From: Planctomycetota bacterium
Lineage (GTDB): Bacteria; Planctomycetota; B15-G4; SIAN01
Length of the DNA: 64,000 nucleotides
Direction: 5' to 3'
NCBI GenBank assembly: GCA_031409275.1
Contig: JANNXA010000055.1
Span: 224,001 to 288,000, forward strand
This document shows, one piece after another, positions 47,486 to 61,631 of the stretch. The position numbers were made by a program, and so were the translations under genes. The notes under the pieces are model-generated. The model had not been told where the DNA came from. It worked only from the letters and a program-made list of their open reading frames with translations, and made no database searches. Every line of letters begins with the position of its first letter. Position 1 is the first letter of the stretch.

Positions 47486-48706
47486 TCAGTCGAGCAGCAG
47501 CGCGTCCCCGATGCAGGCGCGGTCGGCGACGTCTTCACCGGAGCCGAAGTCAGCCACCAGCGTCAACACCTTGCCGCCGCTGACGTCGAGCGCCTCGATG
47601 CGCTGCGGTTCGTCGCCGCCCCGCAGCAGGCGGCTCTTCCACCGTTCCACCCCATCCACGAGGACGCGGAACTCGACGGCGCCGCGCTCGGGCAGCGACA
47701 ACACCTCATCGCACAGCCCGACCGTCGCCACGAATCGGCGCGACGCAGGCGAGAGCGCGAAGCTGAGCTCGCATCGCGAATGGCAGCCGAACCCCTTGCC
47801 GAAACGGTGGCCCGCGGACCGGAGCGGGAGCCCCGTCACGCTGCGATCGCGCCGCCATGGGAAGAAGAAATCGCCGGGCCCGCCGAGGTAAGGGGTCTCG
47901 ACGACCTTGGACGGCTCGAGATCGGAGAGCCAGCGCCAACCGGGCGCGCGCAGGCGAATGGCTGCGACGGCGGCGCGCGGCAGTGCGACCTCCCGTTCGC
48001 CCGAAAGCGGCCGCAGCACGAGCTCCGACCCGCTCAGGCGGACGAGCTCGCCGATCAGCGTCCCATCCGGCAGCAAGTCCGCTTCCACCACCCGTCCCCG
48101 CGGCAGTCGCGGCGCAACCTGCTGCTCGAGGACGATCGCTTCGACCTCGCTCCAGGCGAAGTCGGCGGTGCCAAGGGAGTACTCGAAGCGGACGCCGCTC
48201 GCCGCGAAGGAAACGACCGTTCCGCGCGTGTGATCGCCGCCGACCTCGAGACGACGATGCAGCGTGTCGCCGTCGTGGTTGACCGCGAACGCCGCGACCT
48301 CGAGTTCGGAGTGACGCGGCCCGGCGAACACCGCGCGCACCGCGTCGAGCGGCAGCGCAAGTGTGCCACCCACCGCGAGCTCGAACTGCACCTGTTCGTC
48401 GTCGCCGCCCACGACCTTTCCGAACAGCCGACTGCCGTCATGCAGCCGCAGGGTCATCGCGTCGGCGACGGCGCGTCCGATCGCACCGGGAAAGGTGACC
48501 TCCACCAGATCGTCGAGGGCGACGCGATCGGCACCACCGTCGGCGCCGCTGACCGTCGCGTCGCCATCGGCGGCGAAGGCGACGGTGCTCGCGAGTCGTC
48601 GGCTGCCATCGCGCAGCTGCAACTCGCAAGCGTCGACCACGCCTTCGTGGGGTGAGGCAAAGACACCGGCGGCGCACAGGGCGACGAAGCTCGGGATGGC
48701 AATCAT
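47486..48706 (-). CDS. Secreted protein with C-terminal NPCBM/NEW2 carbohydrate-binding domain
   Basis: Signal peptide; WLSDLEP...RDRSVTG...[15 protein letters not shown]...[11 protein letters not shown]...LDVSG...ADRACIGDA. Confidence 0.8.
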   Translation of the reverse strand: MIAIPSFVALCAAGVFASPHEGVVDACELQLRDGSRRLASTVAFAADGDATVSGADGGADRVALDDLVEVTFPGAIGRAVADAMTLRLHDGSRLFGKVVGGDDEQVQFELAVGGTLALPLDAVRAVFAGPRHSELEVAAFAVNHDGDTLHRRLEVGGDHTRGTVVSFAASGVRFEYSLGTADFAWSEVEAIVLEQQVAPRLPRGRVVEADLLPDGTLIGELVRLSGSELVLRPLSGEREVALPRAAVAAIRLRAPGWRWLSDLEPSKVVETPYLGGPGDFFFPWRRDRSVTGLPLRSAGHRFGKGFGCHSRCELSFALSPASRRFVATVGLCDEVLSLPERGAVEFRVLVDGVERWKSRLLRGGDEPQRIEALDVSGGKVLTLVADFGSGEDVADRACIGDALLLD

Positions 48707-48828
48707 GGCGCGATTGTACGGAGGCCAGTTCCCCGGTGATCGGCGCCAAATTGTCAACGCGGTCGTGGGCCGATCGCAGCCTCGACGACAAAGTGGCGCA
48801 CCCTGCTCGCTGAATGCGCCGTTAGCCG

Positions 48829-48844
48829 AGGCACTCGGTTTGCC
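48829..48844 (+). promoter_or_regulatory. Putative sigma54 (-24/-12) promoter upstream of groEL1
   Basis: AGGCACTCGGTTTGCC fits GG-N10-GC with GGCAC-N5-TTGC, about 180 nt upstream of the groEL ATG. Confidence 0.45.
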
Positions 48845-49022
48845 TTCGGCCCCTCGGCTCGACAGCGCCCGCCGCGGGCGCCGCGTTCGATGCGACGTCG
48901 CCGCTCGGCGAGGCGATCGACCCGACCTGGGCTCGGTCGCAGAGTCGGACCGCACCCTTGACCTGCTGATTGGACCAGCTGAGTTCACCCGCTGGCGCAA
49001 AGACGAAGGAGAGCACTCGGAA

Positions 49023-50660
<1,638 letters not shown>

Positions 50661-50751
50661 GATCGCGGCGCGCCGCGACGTCCCGCTGATTTCATCCCGA
50701 AGACATCTACACACGAGGCCGCTGGCCTCGACAGCCCGGAGGCAGTGAGCA

Positions 50752-51048
50752 ATGGCGAAGTTCAAGCCCCTCGACGATCGGATCGTGGTGCAGGTCCTCG
50801 ATGCCGAGGAACGCACCGCTGGCGGCATCCTGCTGCCAGACGCGGCGAAGGAGAAGCCGCAGCGTGGCACCGTCACCGCAGTCGGCCCGGGCCGGATGCT
50901 GAAGAGCGGCGCGCGCGCGCCGGTCGCCGTGAAGAAGGGCGATCTGGTGATGTTCGGCAAGTACGCCGGCACCGACGTCGCCGTCGGCGGCGAAGAGTTC
51001 AAGATCCTGAAGGAGACCGAGGTGCTCGCGCGCCTCGAGACGGCGTGA
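50752..51048 (+). CDS. groS: Co-chaperonin GroES
   Basis: FKPLDDRIVV, TAGGILLPDAAKEKP, FGKYAGT. Confidence 0.97.
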   Translation: MAKFKPLDDRIVVQVLDAEERTAGGILLPDAAKEKPQRGTVTAVGPGRMLKSGARAPVAVKKGDLVMFGKYAGTDVAVGGEEFKILKETEVLARLETA

Positions 51049-51166
51049 CGCTCGCCGCGCGCTGCGCGCGGCATGACCGCTAGGCGGTCCCCGCCGCGCC
51101 GCAGCAGACGCCTCCCACTTTCCGCCGGCCGCCCCAAGCGGCCCAACCAAGGACCACGGAACCAAC

Positions 51167-52771
51167 ATGGCGAAGCAGATCCTCTACGACGATGACGCGC
51201 GCCGGAAGATGCGCGATGGCGTGCACGCGCTTGCGCGCGCGGTGAAGGTCACCTTCGGGCCGGCCGGCCACACGGTGATCTTGAAGAAGTCCTACGGTGG
51301 CCCCACCGTCACCAAGGACGGCGTCACTGTCGCCAAGGAAGTCGAACTCGAAGATCCGTTCGAGAACATGGGCGCCAAGCTCGTGATCGAAGTCGCCAAG
51401 AAGACCGGCGACGCGGCGGGCGACGGGACGACCACGGCGACCATCCTCGCCGAGTCGATCTTCTCGGAAGGGCTGCGCTTCCTGTCGGCGGGCGTCAACC
51501 CGACCGTGCTGAAGCGCGGCATCGACAAGTCGGTCGACGCCGTCGTCGCCGAGCTGAACGGCATGGCGAAGAAGGTGAAGGGTCGCGACGAGATCCAGCA
51601 GGTAGCGACCATCGCCGCCAACGGCGATGCGCAGATCGGCGAGATCCTCGCCACCGCCATGGATCGCGTCGGCCAGGACGGGGTGATCACGGTCGAAGAG
51701 AGCAAGTCGACCGAAACGTCGGTCGAACTCGTCGAGGGGCTGCGTTTCGACAAGGGCTACCTCTCGCCCTACTTCATCACCAACGTGCAGGCGATGACGT
51801 GCGAGATCGAGAATCCGCTGCTCCTCATCCACGAGGCGAAGATCTCGAACCTGCGCTCGCTGTTGCCGCTGCTCGAGCAGATCGCGCAGGCGGCGCGCCC
51901 GCTCGTCATCATCGCCGAGGACGTCTCGGCCGAGGCGCTCGCCGCGCTGGTCGTCAATCGCCTGCGCGGAACGCTGCAGTGCGTGGCGGTCAAGGCGCCG
52001 GGCTTCGGTGATCGTCGCAAGGCGATGCTGCAGGACCTCGCGATCCTGACCGGCGGCACCTTCGTCAGCGAGGATCTCGGCAAGAAGCTCGAATCCCTGC
52101 TGCTGTCCGACCTCGGCGCGTGCAAGCGCATCGTGGTGGACAAGGACAACACGACGATCGTCGAAGGCGCCGGCAAGAAGGCTGCGATCAAGGAGCGCGT
52201 CGAGCAGATCCGCGCCCAGATCGAGCAGACCACCTCCGACTACGACAAGGAGAAGCTGCAGGAGCGGCTCGCCAAGATCGCGGGCGGAGTCGCCGTGGTG
52301 AAGGTCGGCGCGCCGACCGAAGCGGCCATGAAGGAGCGCAAGGATCGCGTCGAGGACGCGCTTGCGGCGACCAAGGCCGCGGTCGAAGAGGGCATCGTGG
52401 TCGGCGGCGGCGTGGCGCTGCTGCGCTGCCTTGCGGCTCTCGAGAACGTGAAGTTGAAGGGCGATGAGCAGTTCGGCCGCGAGATCATCGCGAAGGCGCT
52501 CGAGGCGCCGATCCGCCAGCTCGGCACCAACGCCGGCCTCGAAGGCAGCGTCGTGTCCGCCGAAGTGAAGTCGCGCAAGGGCAACTACGGCTTCAACGGC
52601 CTGACCTGCGAGTACGAAGATCTCGTCAAGGCGGGCGTCGTCGATCCGGTGAAGGTGGTTCGACTTGCGCTGCAGAACGCGGCGTCGGTCAGCGGCCTGA
52701 TGCTCACCACCGACACGCTCGTGACGGACCTGAAGGAGAGCAAGAAGGCGGTCGTCGGCAGCACGACCTGA
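51167..52771 (+). CDS. groL: Chaperonin GroEL (copy 2, no GGM tail)
   Basis: [46 protein letters not shown]. Confidence 0.97.
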   Translation: MAKQILYDDDARRKMRDGVHALARAVKVTFGPAGHTVILKKSYGGPTVTKDGVTVAKEVELEDPFENMGAKLVIEVAKKTGDAAGDGTTTATILAESIFSEGLRFLSAGVNPTVLKRGIDKSVDAVVAELNGMAKKVKGRDEIQQVATIAANGDAQIGEILATAMDRVGQDGVITVEESKSTETSVELVEGLRFDKGYLSPYFITNVQAMTCEIENPLLLIHEAKISNLRSLLPLLEQIAQAARPLVIIAEDVSAEALAALVVNRLRGTLQCVAVKAPGFGDRRKAMLQDLAILTGGTFVSEDLGKKLESLLLSDLGACKRIVVDKDNTTIVEGAGKKAAIKERVEQIRAQIEQTTSDYDKEKLQERLAKIAGGVAVVKVGAPTEAAMKERKDRVEDALAATKAAVEEGIVVGGGVALLRCLAALENVKLKGDEQFGREIIAKALEAPIRQLGTNAGLEGSVVSAEVKSRKGNYGFNGLTCEYEDLVKAGVVDPVKVVRLALQNAASVSGLMLTTDTLVTDLKESKKAVVGSTT

Positions 52772-52914
52772 CCGCCGGTCGGCGCCCGCCGCGCCGCCTC
52801 CCCGATACGGACTCGGATCAAGCTGTCACGCGGCCCCGCGAGATGCGCACCAGCGCCCTCGCGGGGCTGCACGCCAACCCGGAACTTTGACGCGCGCTCC
52901 TGCGGAAACGCTCG

Positions 52915-54081
52915 ATGTCGACTCCTCGCGACTACTACGAGATCCTCGGCGTCGCGCGCACCGCGACCGCCGACGAGATCAAGCGCTCGTTCCGCAAGCT
53001 CGCCTTGCAGTTCCATCCCGACCGCAACAAGGATGACCCCAAGGCGGAGGAGAAGTTCAAGGAAGCCGCCGAGGCGTACGAGATCCTCTCCGACGCCGAC
53101 AAGCGCAAGGTCTACGACCAGTACGGCCACGCCGGCGTCCGCCAGGGCGGGCATGCGCGCGGGTTCGGGAACTTCGAAGAGATCTTCCAGGCGTTCGGTG
53201 ACATCTTCGGCATGGGCGGCCGCGGTGGCGGCGGCGGCGGCGGTGGCTCGGTCTTCGACGAGTTCTTCGGCCAGTTCACCGGTGCCGCGAGCGGTCCGCG
53301 TCGGCAACGCGGCGCGACGCTCAAATGCCAACTCGACATCTCGCTCGAGGAAGCGGCGCGCGGCACCGAGCGAACCATCGAGGTGGCTCGCAACGAACAC
53401 TGCTCCGAGTGCAGCGGCAGCGGCGCGGCCGCCGGCAGCGCCCCCACCGCCTGCCCGACCTGCCGCGGCAAAGGCGTCGTCCATCAGTCGCAAGGCTTCT
53501 TCTCGATCCGCACGACCTGTGGCCGTTGCCAGGGCGAAGGCGAGATCCTCGAGCATCCGTGCCGCAAGTGCCGCGGCACCGGCACCGAGAAGTCGCGGCG
53601 CGAACTGAACGTCCGTCTCCCCGCTGGCGTCGACACGGGCACCCAGGTCCGTCTCGCCGGCGAAGGCGAACCGGGCGCGCGCGGCGGCCCGCGCGGCGAC
53701 CTCTACTGCATCGTCAACGTCAAACCTCACGCGCTCTTCCAGCGCGAAGGCGACGACCTCCACCTCGAAGTGCCGGTCAGCTTCTCGGGCCTGGTGCTCG
53801 GCACCAAGATCGAGGTGCCGACGCTCGGCGGACCCGCCACGCTGACGATCGCGCCACGCACGGCGGCCCACACCGTGATGCGGTTGCGCGGCAAGGGGAT
53901 TCCGAACTTGCGCGGTGGCGGGCCAGGCGACCTGCTGGTCCGCGTCACCGTGGACATGCCAAAGAAGGTCACCAAGCGGCAAGAAGAACTCCTGCGCGAA
54001 CTGCAGGGCATCGAGGACGAGAACGTGAGCCCCGAGCGCAAGAGCTTCCTCGGCAAGGTGAAGGAACTGTTCGGGTCGTGA
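52915..54081 (+). CDS. dnaJ: Chaperone DnaJ
   Basis: J-domain HPD, G/F-rich region, four CxxCxGxG repeats. Confidence 0.97.
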   Translation: MSTPRDYYEILGVARTATADEIKRSFRKLALQFHPDRNKDDPKAEEKFKEAAEAYEILSDADKRKVYDQYGHAGVRQGGHARGFGNFEEIFQAFGDIFGMGGRGGGGGGGGSVFDEFFGQFTGAASGPRRQRGATLKCQLDISLEEAARGTERTIEVARNEHCSECSGSGAAAGSAPTACPTCRGKGVVHQSQGFFSIRTTCGRCQGEGEILEHPCRKCRGTGTEKSRRELNVRLPAGVDTGTQVRLAGEGEPGARGGPRGDLYCIVNVKPHALFQREGDDLHLEVPVSFSGLVLGTKIEVPTLGGPATLTIAPRTAAHTVMRLRGKGIPNLRGGGPGDLLVRVTVDMPKKVTKRQEELLRELQGIEDENVSPERKSFLGKVKELFGS

Positions 54082-54104
54082 CCGACCCGTCCGACGACGC
54101 CACT

Positions 54105-54701
54105 ATGAGCAAGAAACCCGCCACTCCCGACCCCGCCGAATCGGCGGAAGCCACGCCCGCGAACACCGCGGCCGGCGCGCCGCCCGTAGAGCAGAACGCC
54201 GGGTCGCCCGCCGACGTCGCCACCGAGATCGCTCGCCTCGAAAGCGAGGTGCGACAACTGAAGGAGCGACTGCTGCAGTCGCACGCGGACCTCGACAACC
54301 AGGCCAAGCGCTTCGGCCGCGAGCGACAGGTCGTTCGCGACGAGATCACGGCACGCGTCGCGCGCGAGATGATCGAGGTGCTCGACAACCTCGACCTCGT
54401 GCTGCAGTCGATGCCCGACAGCGAGCGTGCCACGCCGCTCGCGCAAGGCGTCTCGCTGACCCGCATCGTCTTCCTCGAGAAGCTTCGCGCTTTCGGCGTC
54501 GAGCCGATCGAGCCGATGAACCAGCCGTTCAACCCGTTCCACCACGAAGCGCTGTTCCAGGAAGAGCGCAGCGACGTGGCTCCTGGCACGGTCGTCGGCG
54601 AGATCAGTCGCGGCTACCGGATGGGCGCCCAGCTCGTCCGCGCCGCGAAGGTCCGAGTCGCCAAAGCACCGGCCGCTGCCGGCGGCGCTGAGGCGAGCTG
54701 A
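54105..54701 (+). CDS. grpE: Nucleotide exchange factor GrpE
   Basis: ADLDNQAKR, EVLDNL, FNPFHHEAL, GYRMG...VRAAKVRV; alternative GTG start at 54078. Confidence 0.93.
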   Translation: MSKKPATPDPAESAEATPANTAAGAPPVEQNAGSPADVATEIARLESEVRQLKERLLQSHADLDNQAKRFGRERQVVRDEITARVAREMIEVLDNLDLVLQSMPDSERATPLAQGVSLTRIVFLEKLRAFGVEPIEPMNQPFNPFHHEALFQEERSDVAPGTVVGEISRGYRMGAQLVRAAKVRVAKAPAAAGGAEAS

Positions 54702-54706
54702 ACGCG

Positions 54707-55180
54707 ATGCCCACCTACGACTACCGCTGCAAGTCCTGCGCGCACACCTTCGAGCACTTCCAGTCGATCTCGTCGGGGCACCTGAAGAAGTGCCCGAGCT
54801 GCGGCAAGAACCGGCTCGAACGACTGATCGGACCGGGCGCCGGCCTCATCTTCAAAGGGTCCGGCTTCTACATCACCGACTACCGCTCGAACGACTATCA
54901 GGAGGCGGCGAAGAAGGACAGCGCTGGCGCGACGAGCGCCAAGCCGCCCGACCCGAAGCAAGGCGACGCGAAGCAAGGCGACGCGAAGCAGGGTGCCGCG
55001 AAGCCGGGCGAAGCAAAGACCGACGCCGCGACGACCAAGCCGAGCGGCGCGACCCCTCCCGCCGCCAACGGCGCGAACTCCTCGGCTCCCGCCGCGCCAC
55101 CTGCAACCCCACGTCCTTCGTCCGCCAAGCCGCAGGGTCGCACCTCGCCGGGCAAGAGTTCGACCCCGAAGAAGCGGTGA
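54707..55180 (+). CDS. FmdB-family zinc ribbon protein with low-complexity tail
   Basis: MPTYDYRCKSC...FE...CPSCG...IFKGSGFYITDYR. Confidence 0.9.
   Translation: MPTYDYRCKSCAHTFEHFQSISSGHLKKCPSCGKNRLERLIGPGAGLIFKGSGFYITDYRSNDYQEAAKKDSAGATSAKPPDPKQGDAKQGDAKQGAAKPGEAKTDAATTKPSGATPPAANGANSSAPAAPPATPRPSSAKPQGRTSPGKSSTPKKR
54956..55015 (+). repeat. 15-bp coding tandem repeat, four units (KQGDA-like)
   Basis: AAGCAAGGCGACGCG twice, then AAGCAGGGTGCCGCG and AAGCCGGGCGAAGCA. Confidence 0.8.
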
Positions 55181-55236
55181 GTCGCGCGGCCGGCGACACC
55201 GAGAGTTTTCCAACGGGCTGCTAAGCTCCCCCGCCC

Positions 55237-55989
55237 ATGAACGACGGAACGCTGCTTCGCCCTGTTTCCCTCCTGGCGGCACTGCTCCTGGCAGCCTGCC
55301 AGACACCGGCGCCGATCGAGGCGAACGTCGAGTTCCAGACCGAGCGCGGCATCGTGCGCGGCGTCTCGACCGAGGACGGCCTCTTCGCCTTGCGAGAGAT
55401 CGTCCCGACCACCGGTGAGGTGTCGTTCCGCTACCGGACCGGGAACGGCTTCTTCGACGATCGCGCCCGCCTCGTCCGGCAGAGCGACGTCCTCGCGCTG
55501 ATGGCGCCGATCTCCTCCAAACCGCATCTCGCCCGCTTCGCGATCTATCCCGCCGCGTATGACGACCGCCTCTTCGTCGAGGTCCGCACCGCCGATCGCG
55601 CCGACCTCCTCTCTTGCCATCTGTTCGACCTCGGCCGGCACGGCGACCTCGTCGTCCTCGACGAAGGCGACCTCGTCGACGTCGCCACGCGCTACTGCGG
55701 CGCCGGCCTCTTCGCCTGGCGCGAGGGAATGCTGCAACTGGTCGGGATCCTGAATGGCGTCTACAGCGAAGAACCGCCCGCGCTGGCGTTCATCGGTCTG
55801 GATGAGATGTCGACGCTGCTGCCGGAGACCTCCAACTTCTTCGAGCGACGCGCGCTGCCGTCGCGCGCCGACTTCGAATACGGCATCCCGCGCGACTTCG
55901 AGGGCGAGCGACCCTCGGTGTCGGACCCGCCGGTTCCAAGCGAGAAGTCATCCGCGCCAGCGAGCGATCCTCCGCGCGACGGGTCCTGA
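55237..55989 (+). CDS. Hypothetical lipoprotein
   Basis: Lipobox LLAAC after a hydrophobic stretch; coding-like codon usage. Confidence 0.7.
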   Translation: MNDGTLLRPVSLLAALLLAACQTPAPIEANVEFQTERGIVRGVSTEDGLFALREIVPTTGEVSFRYRTGNGFFDDRARLVRQSDVLALMAPISSKPHLARFAIYPAAYDDRLFVEVRTADRADLLSCHLFDLGRHGDLVVLDEGDLVDVATRYCGAGLFAWREGMLQLVGILNGVYSEEPPALAFIGLDEMSTLLPETSNFFERRALPSRADFEYGIPRDFEGERPSVSDPPVPSEKSSAPASDPPRDGS

Positions 55990-56027
55990 GCCTCTGCATC
56001 GATGGCGCGCCCGCCCGGGCGCGTCCA

Positions 56028-56057
56028 TTGACGCGCCGGGGCGCAGAGCGCTAGAAA
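56028..56057 (+). promoter_or_regulatory. Possible sigma70-type promoter of the nuo operon
   Basis: TTGACG-18 nt-TAGAAA about 105 nt upstream of nuoA. Confidence 0.3.
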
Positions 56058-56163
56058 ACCTCGCTCGTTTTTTGCGACGCCACACCGGCACCCGCGGATC
56101 GGTGGCGCGCTCCATCGCTGCGGATCGCGCCCGCGGCTCGCCGAGGACTTGGCCGTCCCAAAC

Positions 56164-56550
56164 ATGACTAGCGCCCCAGCGAGCGCCATCGAGAGCTACG
56201 TCCCGCTCTTCGTCCACGTCGCCGTGGTCGTCGCCGCCGTGTCAGCGCTGATCGTGGTGTCGCTGCTGCTTGGCCCGCGCCGCCGCACCGCCCCGAAGGG
56301 CATGCCGTACGAATCGGGCACCTCCTCGCCCGGCAGCGCGCGGCGACGCTTCTCGGTCCACTTCTATCTGGTGGCGATGCTCTTCATCTTGTTCGACGTC
56401 GAAGCGGTCTTCATGTTCGCCTGGGCGGTGCGCGCCAAGAGCCTTGGCATCGCCGGACTCGCGACCGTCGCGCTCTTCGTCGGAGTGCTCGGACTCGGTC
56501 TCGCCTACGCCTGGCGCAAGGGAGCGCTCGCGTGGGAAGTCGAAGCGTGA
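56164..56550 (+). CDS. nuoA: NADH-quinone oxidoreductase subunit A
   Basis: PYESG, FYLVAMLFILFDVEAVF, YAWRKGALAW. Confidence 0.95.
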   Translation: MTSAPASAIESYVPLFVHVAVVVAAVSALIVVSLLLGPRRRTAPKGMPYESGTSSPGSARRRFSVHFYLVAMLFILFDVEAVFMFAWAVRAKSLGIAGLATVALFVGVLGLGLAYAWRKGALAWEVEA

Positions 56551-56569
56551 CAGCGCGGGGAGCACGACC

Positions 56570-57120
56570 GTGAGCGGATCCGGCGAAGCCGAGCCGAAGG
56601 TGCTGCCCGAGGGCATCCTCGCCGAGCTGCGCGCCCTGACGGCGCACTACCCGCAGAAGCGCGGCGCCTTGCTGCCGATCTTGAATCGTCTTCAAGAGTG
56701 GCGCGGCCATCTCGCGCCGGTCGACATGCGGCTCGCCGGCGAGCTCACCGGGGTCGCGCCGGCGGACGTCTTCAGCGTGGTGACCTTCTACACCATGTAT
56801 CGCCAGCGTCCGGCGGGACGCTTCCCGCTCGGCGTCTGCCGCAACATCGCCTGCTGGATCAATGGCAGCGAGCAGATCGTCGCGACGGTGAAGGATGAAC
56901 TCGGCATTGCGCCCGGCGAGACAACCGCCGACGGACGCTTCAGTCTCGAAGAGGTCGAATGCCTCGGCAGCTGCGGCACTGGCCCGTGCCTCGAGATCGA
57001 CAGCCGCTACTTCGAGAACCTCACGCCCGACAAGGTTCGAGCGTTGCTCGCCAGGCTCTCCCGCGCCGACGGCGATCGCAGCGCCGCGATCCTCGCTGCG
57101 CAGCGCGAGGAGCGCGCCTG

Positions 57121-57121
<1 letters not shown>
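56570..57121 (+). CDS. nuoE: NADH-quinone oxidoreductase subunit E
   Basis: YPQKRGALLP, VVTFYTMY, CRNIAC, ECLGSC; GGGGAG SD before GTG. Confidence 0.92.
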
Positions 57122-58402
<1,281 letters not shown>

Positions 58403-58410
<8 letters not shown>

Positions 58411-59974
58411 GCTCACCATCGATGGGCGCAAGGTCGAAGTTCCGCCCGGAACGAACCTGATCGAGGCGGCGCGCAAGCTCGCCATCGAGATCCCCTACTA
58501 CTGCTACCACCCCGCGCTGGCGCCCGTCGGCAGCTGCCGCATGTGCCAGGTCGAGATCCTCGACGCCGGCAAGCCGCCGCGCGTCACCATCGCCTGCCGC
58601 ACCGAAGCGACCAACGGCCTGAACGTCTCGACCACCGGCAAGGATTGCGTCGCCGCGCGCGCGGCCACGCTCGAGTTCCTGCTGGCGAACCACCCGCTCG
58701 ACTGCCCGATCTGTGACAAGGCCGGCGAGTGCGACCTGCAGAACTTCACCTATCGCCACGGCAACGGCGTCGGCCGCTTCAGCGAACCCAAGCGCGACAA
58801 GCTGAAGCACGAGCCGATCGGCGACCACATCCTGCTCGATCAGGAGCGCTGCATCCTCTGCACGCGCTGCGTCCGCTTCATGGGCGAATACGCCAAGTCG
58901 CCGAGTCTCGTCGTCGCGGGCCGCGGCGATCGCAACGTCATCGCGATCTTCCCTGGCGAGCCGATCCACTCGAACTACGAGGGCAACCTCGCCGACATCT
59001 GCCCGGTCGGCGCGCTCACGTTGAAGGAGTTCCGCTTCAAGAGCCGCGTCTGGGACCTCGACACCGAGGAGTCGGTCTGCACCGGGTGCGACCGCAACTG
59101 CTCGATCCTGCTCGAGACCAAGCGCAACCGCCTGCTGCGCGTGCGCCCGCGCGTGAACCTGGCCGTCAACGGCCACTTCATGTGCGACAAGGGACGCTTC
59201 GGCCTGCTCGAGGCGTACAACCCGCAAGGACGCGAAGAGCTCGGATTCGTGAAGGGTGCGCGCGTCCCTGCCGCGCAAGCCGCCGCCGCGCTGGCCTCGA
59301 CGCTCACCGCCGAGCGCGGCAAGTGGCTGGTGATCCTCTCGGCGCGCCTCACCGCCGAAGAGCTGCTGCTCGCGAAGAGCGTGCTCGCGCCGCTCGCGCG
59401 CCAGCTCGCCTACGTGCCGACGTCGGCGACCGATGGCGACGGCATCCTCTACACGGGCCGCGCGGCCGCCAACGAGGAGGCGCTCGAGCGGCTTGGAATC
59501 GCGCCGCTCGCCGAGGAGGCCGCGACGAAGCTGCTTGCTGAGCCTGCGACGAGCGGGCTGCTCGCGTTCGATGCGACGCTCGCCGCGCGGCTGCTGGCCG
59601 GCGCCAAAGGCAAGCGACTGGCGCTGGTCGACGTGGTGCGCGACCGGGCGGCCGATGCCGCCGCGGCGCCGCTCGCCGCCGAGATCTTCGTGCCCGGCAC
59701 GCTCGCCAGCGAGAAGGATGGCACCTTCATCAACTTCGACGGCGTGCTGCAACGCGCCCGACGAGCGCAGCGCTGGCCGCAGGGCACCGTCGCGGAGACG
59801 GCGCTGCTCCAGGAGATCGCCGCCGCCGCGAAGCAGGAGCTCACCGCGTTCGCCCGCAAGCCGGACCTGACCTTCGCGCTGCTCGAAGCGCTCGGCCAAC
59901 CCGGCGCCACGCTCGCGCAGATCCCTGAGGACGGCTTGCGCCTCGCTCCGGCACTGGAGGCTGCGAAGGCATGA
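58403..59974 (+). CDS. nuoG: NADH-quinone oxidoreductase subunit G (short, 523 aa)
   Basis: CYHP...SCRMC...IAC, HPLDCPICDKAGEC, RCILCTRC...DICPVG, CTGCDRNC...MCDKGR. Confidence 0.92.
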
Positions 59975-61053
59975 ACGCGCTGCTCTCCACCATGCTCGCA
60001 GCGACGACGCTGGCCGATCCGCTCTGGCTGACGCTGATCAAGTCGGTCGCGGTCTTCGGCATCACGATGACGCTGGTGCCGCTGCTGGTGCTGGCCGAGC
60101 GGCGCGTCTCCGCGTGGATGCAGTACCGCGTCGGCCCCAACCGCGTCGGCATCGGCGGCACGATGCAGCCGATGGCGGACCTCGTGAAGATGCTCTTCAA
60201 GGAGGAGTTGCGACCCGACGGCGTCCCGAACTTCCTGTTCACCGCCGCTCCGGCCATCGCCGCCACCTGCGCCCTGGCGATGATGGCGGTCGTCCCGTTC
60301 GGCGGCACGCTCGAGATCGGCGGACGCTCGATCCCGCTGGTCGTCGCCGACGTCGACATCGGCGTCCTTTGCGTGCTCGCCCTCTCCTCCATCGGCGTCT
60401 ACGGCATCACGCTCGGCGGCTGGGCCAGCAACAGCAAGTACAGCCTGCTCGGCGGGCTGCGCTCCTCCGCGCAGATGATCAGCTACGAGCTCACGCTCGG
60501 CATCACGTTGCTCTCGGTGCTGGTCGTCGCGAGCGGTGACAGTTTCGGCTCGTTCAAGCTCAGCGACCTGGTGTTGCGCCAGGCCGAGAGCGGCATCTGG
60601 AACTGCTTCAAGCTGCCGCTCGGCTTCGTGCTCTTCACCATCTCCGCGTTCGCCGAGACCAACCGCTTGCCGTTCGACCTGCCCGAAGCGGAGCCGGAGC
60701 TCGTCGGCGGCTACCACACCGAATACTCGTCGATGCGGTTCGGCCTCTTCTTCCTCGGCGAATACGCCGCGATGGTGGCAGGCTCCGCGGTGATCGTCTG
60801 CCTCTTCCTCGGCGGCTGGCACTTCCCGTTCGTGACCAAGGAGGCGGTCGTCGGTTGGGGCGGCGCGCTGACGCAGGTCGCCGTCTTCCTGACCAAGGTC
60901 CTCGCGTTCCTCTTCTTCTTCATCCACGTCCGCTGGACGTTGCCGCGCCTGCGCTACGACCAGCTGATGAACCTCGGCTGGAAGCTGATGCTCCCGCTGG
61001 CGCTGGTCAACCTGCTCTTCGCGGGCCTCGGCGCCGCGCTCGGGTGGTTCTGA
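59971..61053 (+). CDS. nuoH: NADH-quinone oxidoreductase subunit H
   Basis: ERRVSAWMQYRVGPNR, GWASNSKYSLLGGLR, ETNRLPFDLPEAEPELVGGYHTEYS, RWTLPRLRYDQ. Confidence 0.96.
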   Translation: MNALLSTMLAATTLADPLWLTLIKSVAVFGITMTLVPLLVLAERRVSAWMQYRVGPNRVGIGGTMQPMADLVKMLFKEELRPDGVPNFLFTAAPAIAATCALAMMAVVPFGGTLEIGGRSIPLVVADVDIGVLCVLALSSIGVYGITLGGWASNSKYSLLGGLRSSAQMISYELTLGITLLSVLVVASGDSFGSFKLSDLVLRQAESGIWNCFKLPLGFVLFTISAFAETNRLPFDLPEAEPELVGGYHTEYSSMRFGLFFLGEYAAMVAGSAVIVCLFLGGWHFPFVTKEAVVGWGGALTQVAVFLTKVLAFLFFFIHVRWTLPRLRYDQLMNLGWKLMLPLALVNLLFAGLGAALGWF

Positions 61054-61087
61054 CGACGGTGGCGGTGGCGGTGTTACTGAGGACAGC

Positions 61088-61606
61088 GTGCTGAGCGAAA
61101 CGACCGCATTCCTGATCTTCTCGGCCATCGCGCTCGTTGGCGCGGTGCAAGTCGTGACGCGCCGCAATCCGGTGCACGCCGCGCTGTGGCTGGTCGGCGC
61201 CTTCCTCGGCGTCGCCGGCCTCTTCCTGACGCTGGGCGCCGGTCTTCTCGGCGCGATCCAAGTGATGGTCTACGCCGGCGCGATCATGGTGCTGTTCCTG
61301 TTCGTGATCCTGCTGCTCAACCTCGACGCCACGCCCTACGAAGGGCTGTCGGTGGCGCGCGGCGCATCGCTCTTCGTGGCCGCCGCGACGGTGGCGCTGA
61401 TCGCCGTCCCGTTCGCGCAGGCAGGAGAGCTGAAGGCGGCGGCGACCGCCGATGCTCCCGATCTGCCCGCCACCGCCGGCAACGTCGCCAACGTCCTCTT
61501 CACCCAATACGCCCTCCCCTTCGAGGTCGTCTCCCTGTTGCTCCTGATCGCGATGGTCGGCGCCATCCACCTGGCGCGCCGTACTCGCCGCGACGAGCCG
61601 GTCTGA
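61088..61606 (+). CDS. nuoJ: NADH-quinone oxidoreductase subunit J
   Basis: [34 protein letters not shown]. Confidence 0.94.
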   Translation: MLSETTAFLIFSAIALVGAVQVVTRRNPVHAALWLVGAFLGVAGLFLTLGAGLLGAIQVMVYAGAIMVLFLFVILLLNLDATPYEGLSVARGASLFVAAATVALIAVPFAQAGELKAAATADAPDLPATAGNVANVLFTQYALPFEVVSLLLLIAMVGAIHLARRTRRDEPV

Positions 61607-61631
61607 CGCGCAACGAAGGAGCCGCTTCACG

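Noticed and set aside
48821..48850. CIRCE element upstream of groEL (TTAGC..., GCACTC)
   Set aside because: Only half-site fragments; no TTAGCACTC-N9-GAGTGCTAA inverted repeat.
48363..49022. N-terminal extension of GroEL in the ORF track (also for HldE, SMC, GrpE, NuoE, NuoF)
   Set aside because: Upstream in-frame run-ons; true starts are marked by SD sequences, stop/start overlaps and homology onset.
54956..55015. CRISPR-like repeats
   Set aside because: In-frame 15-bp coding repeats without spacers; no cas genes in the window.
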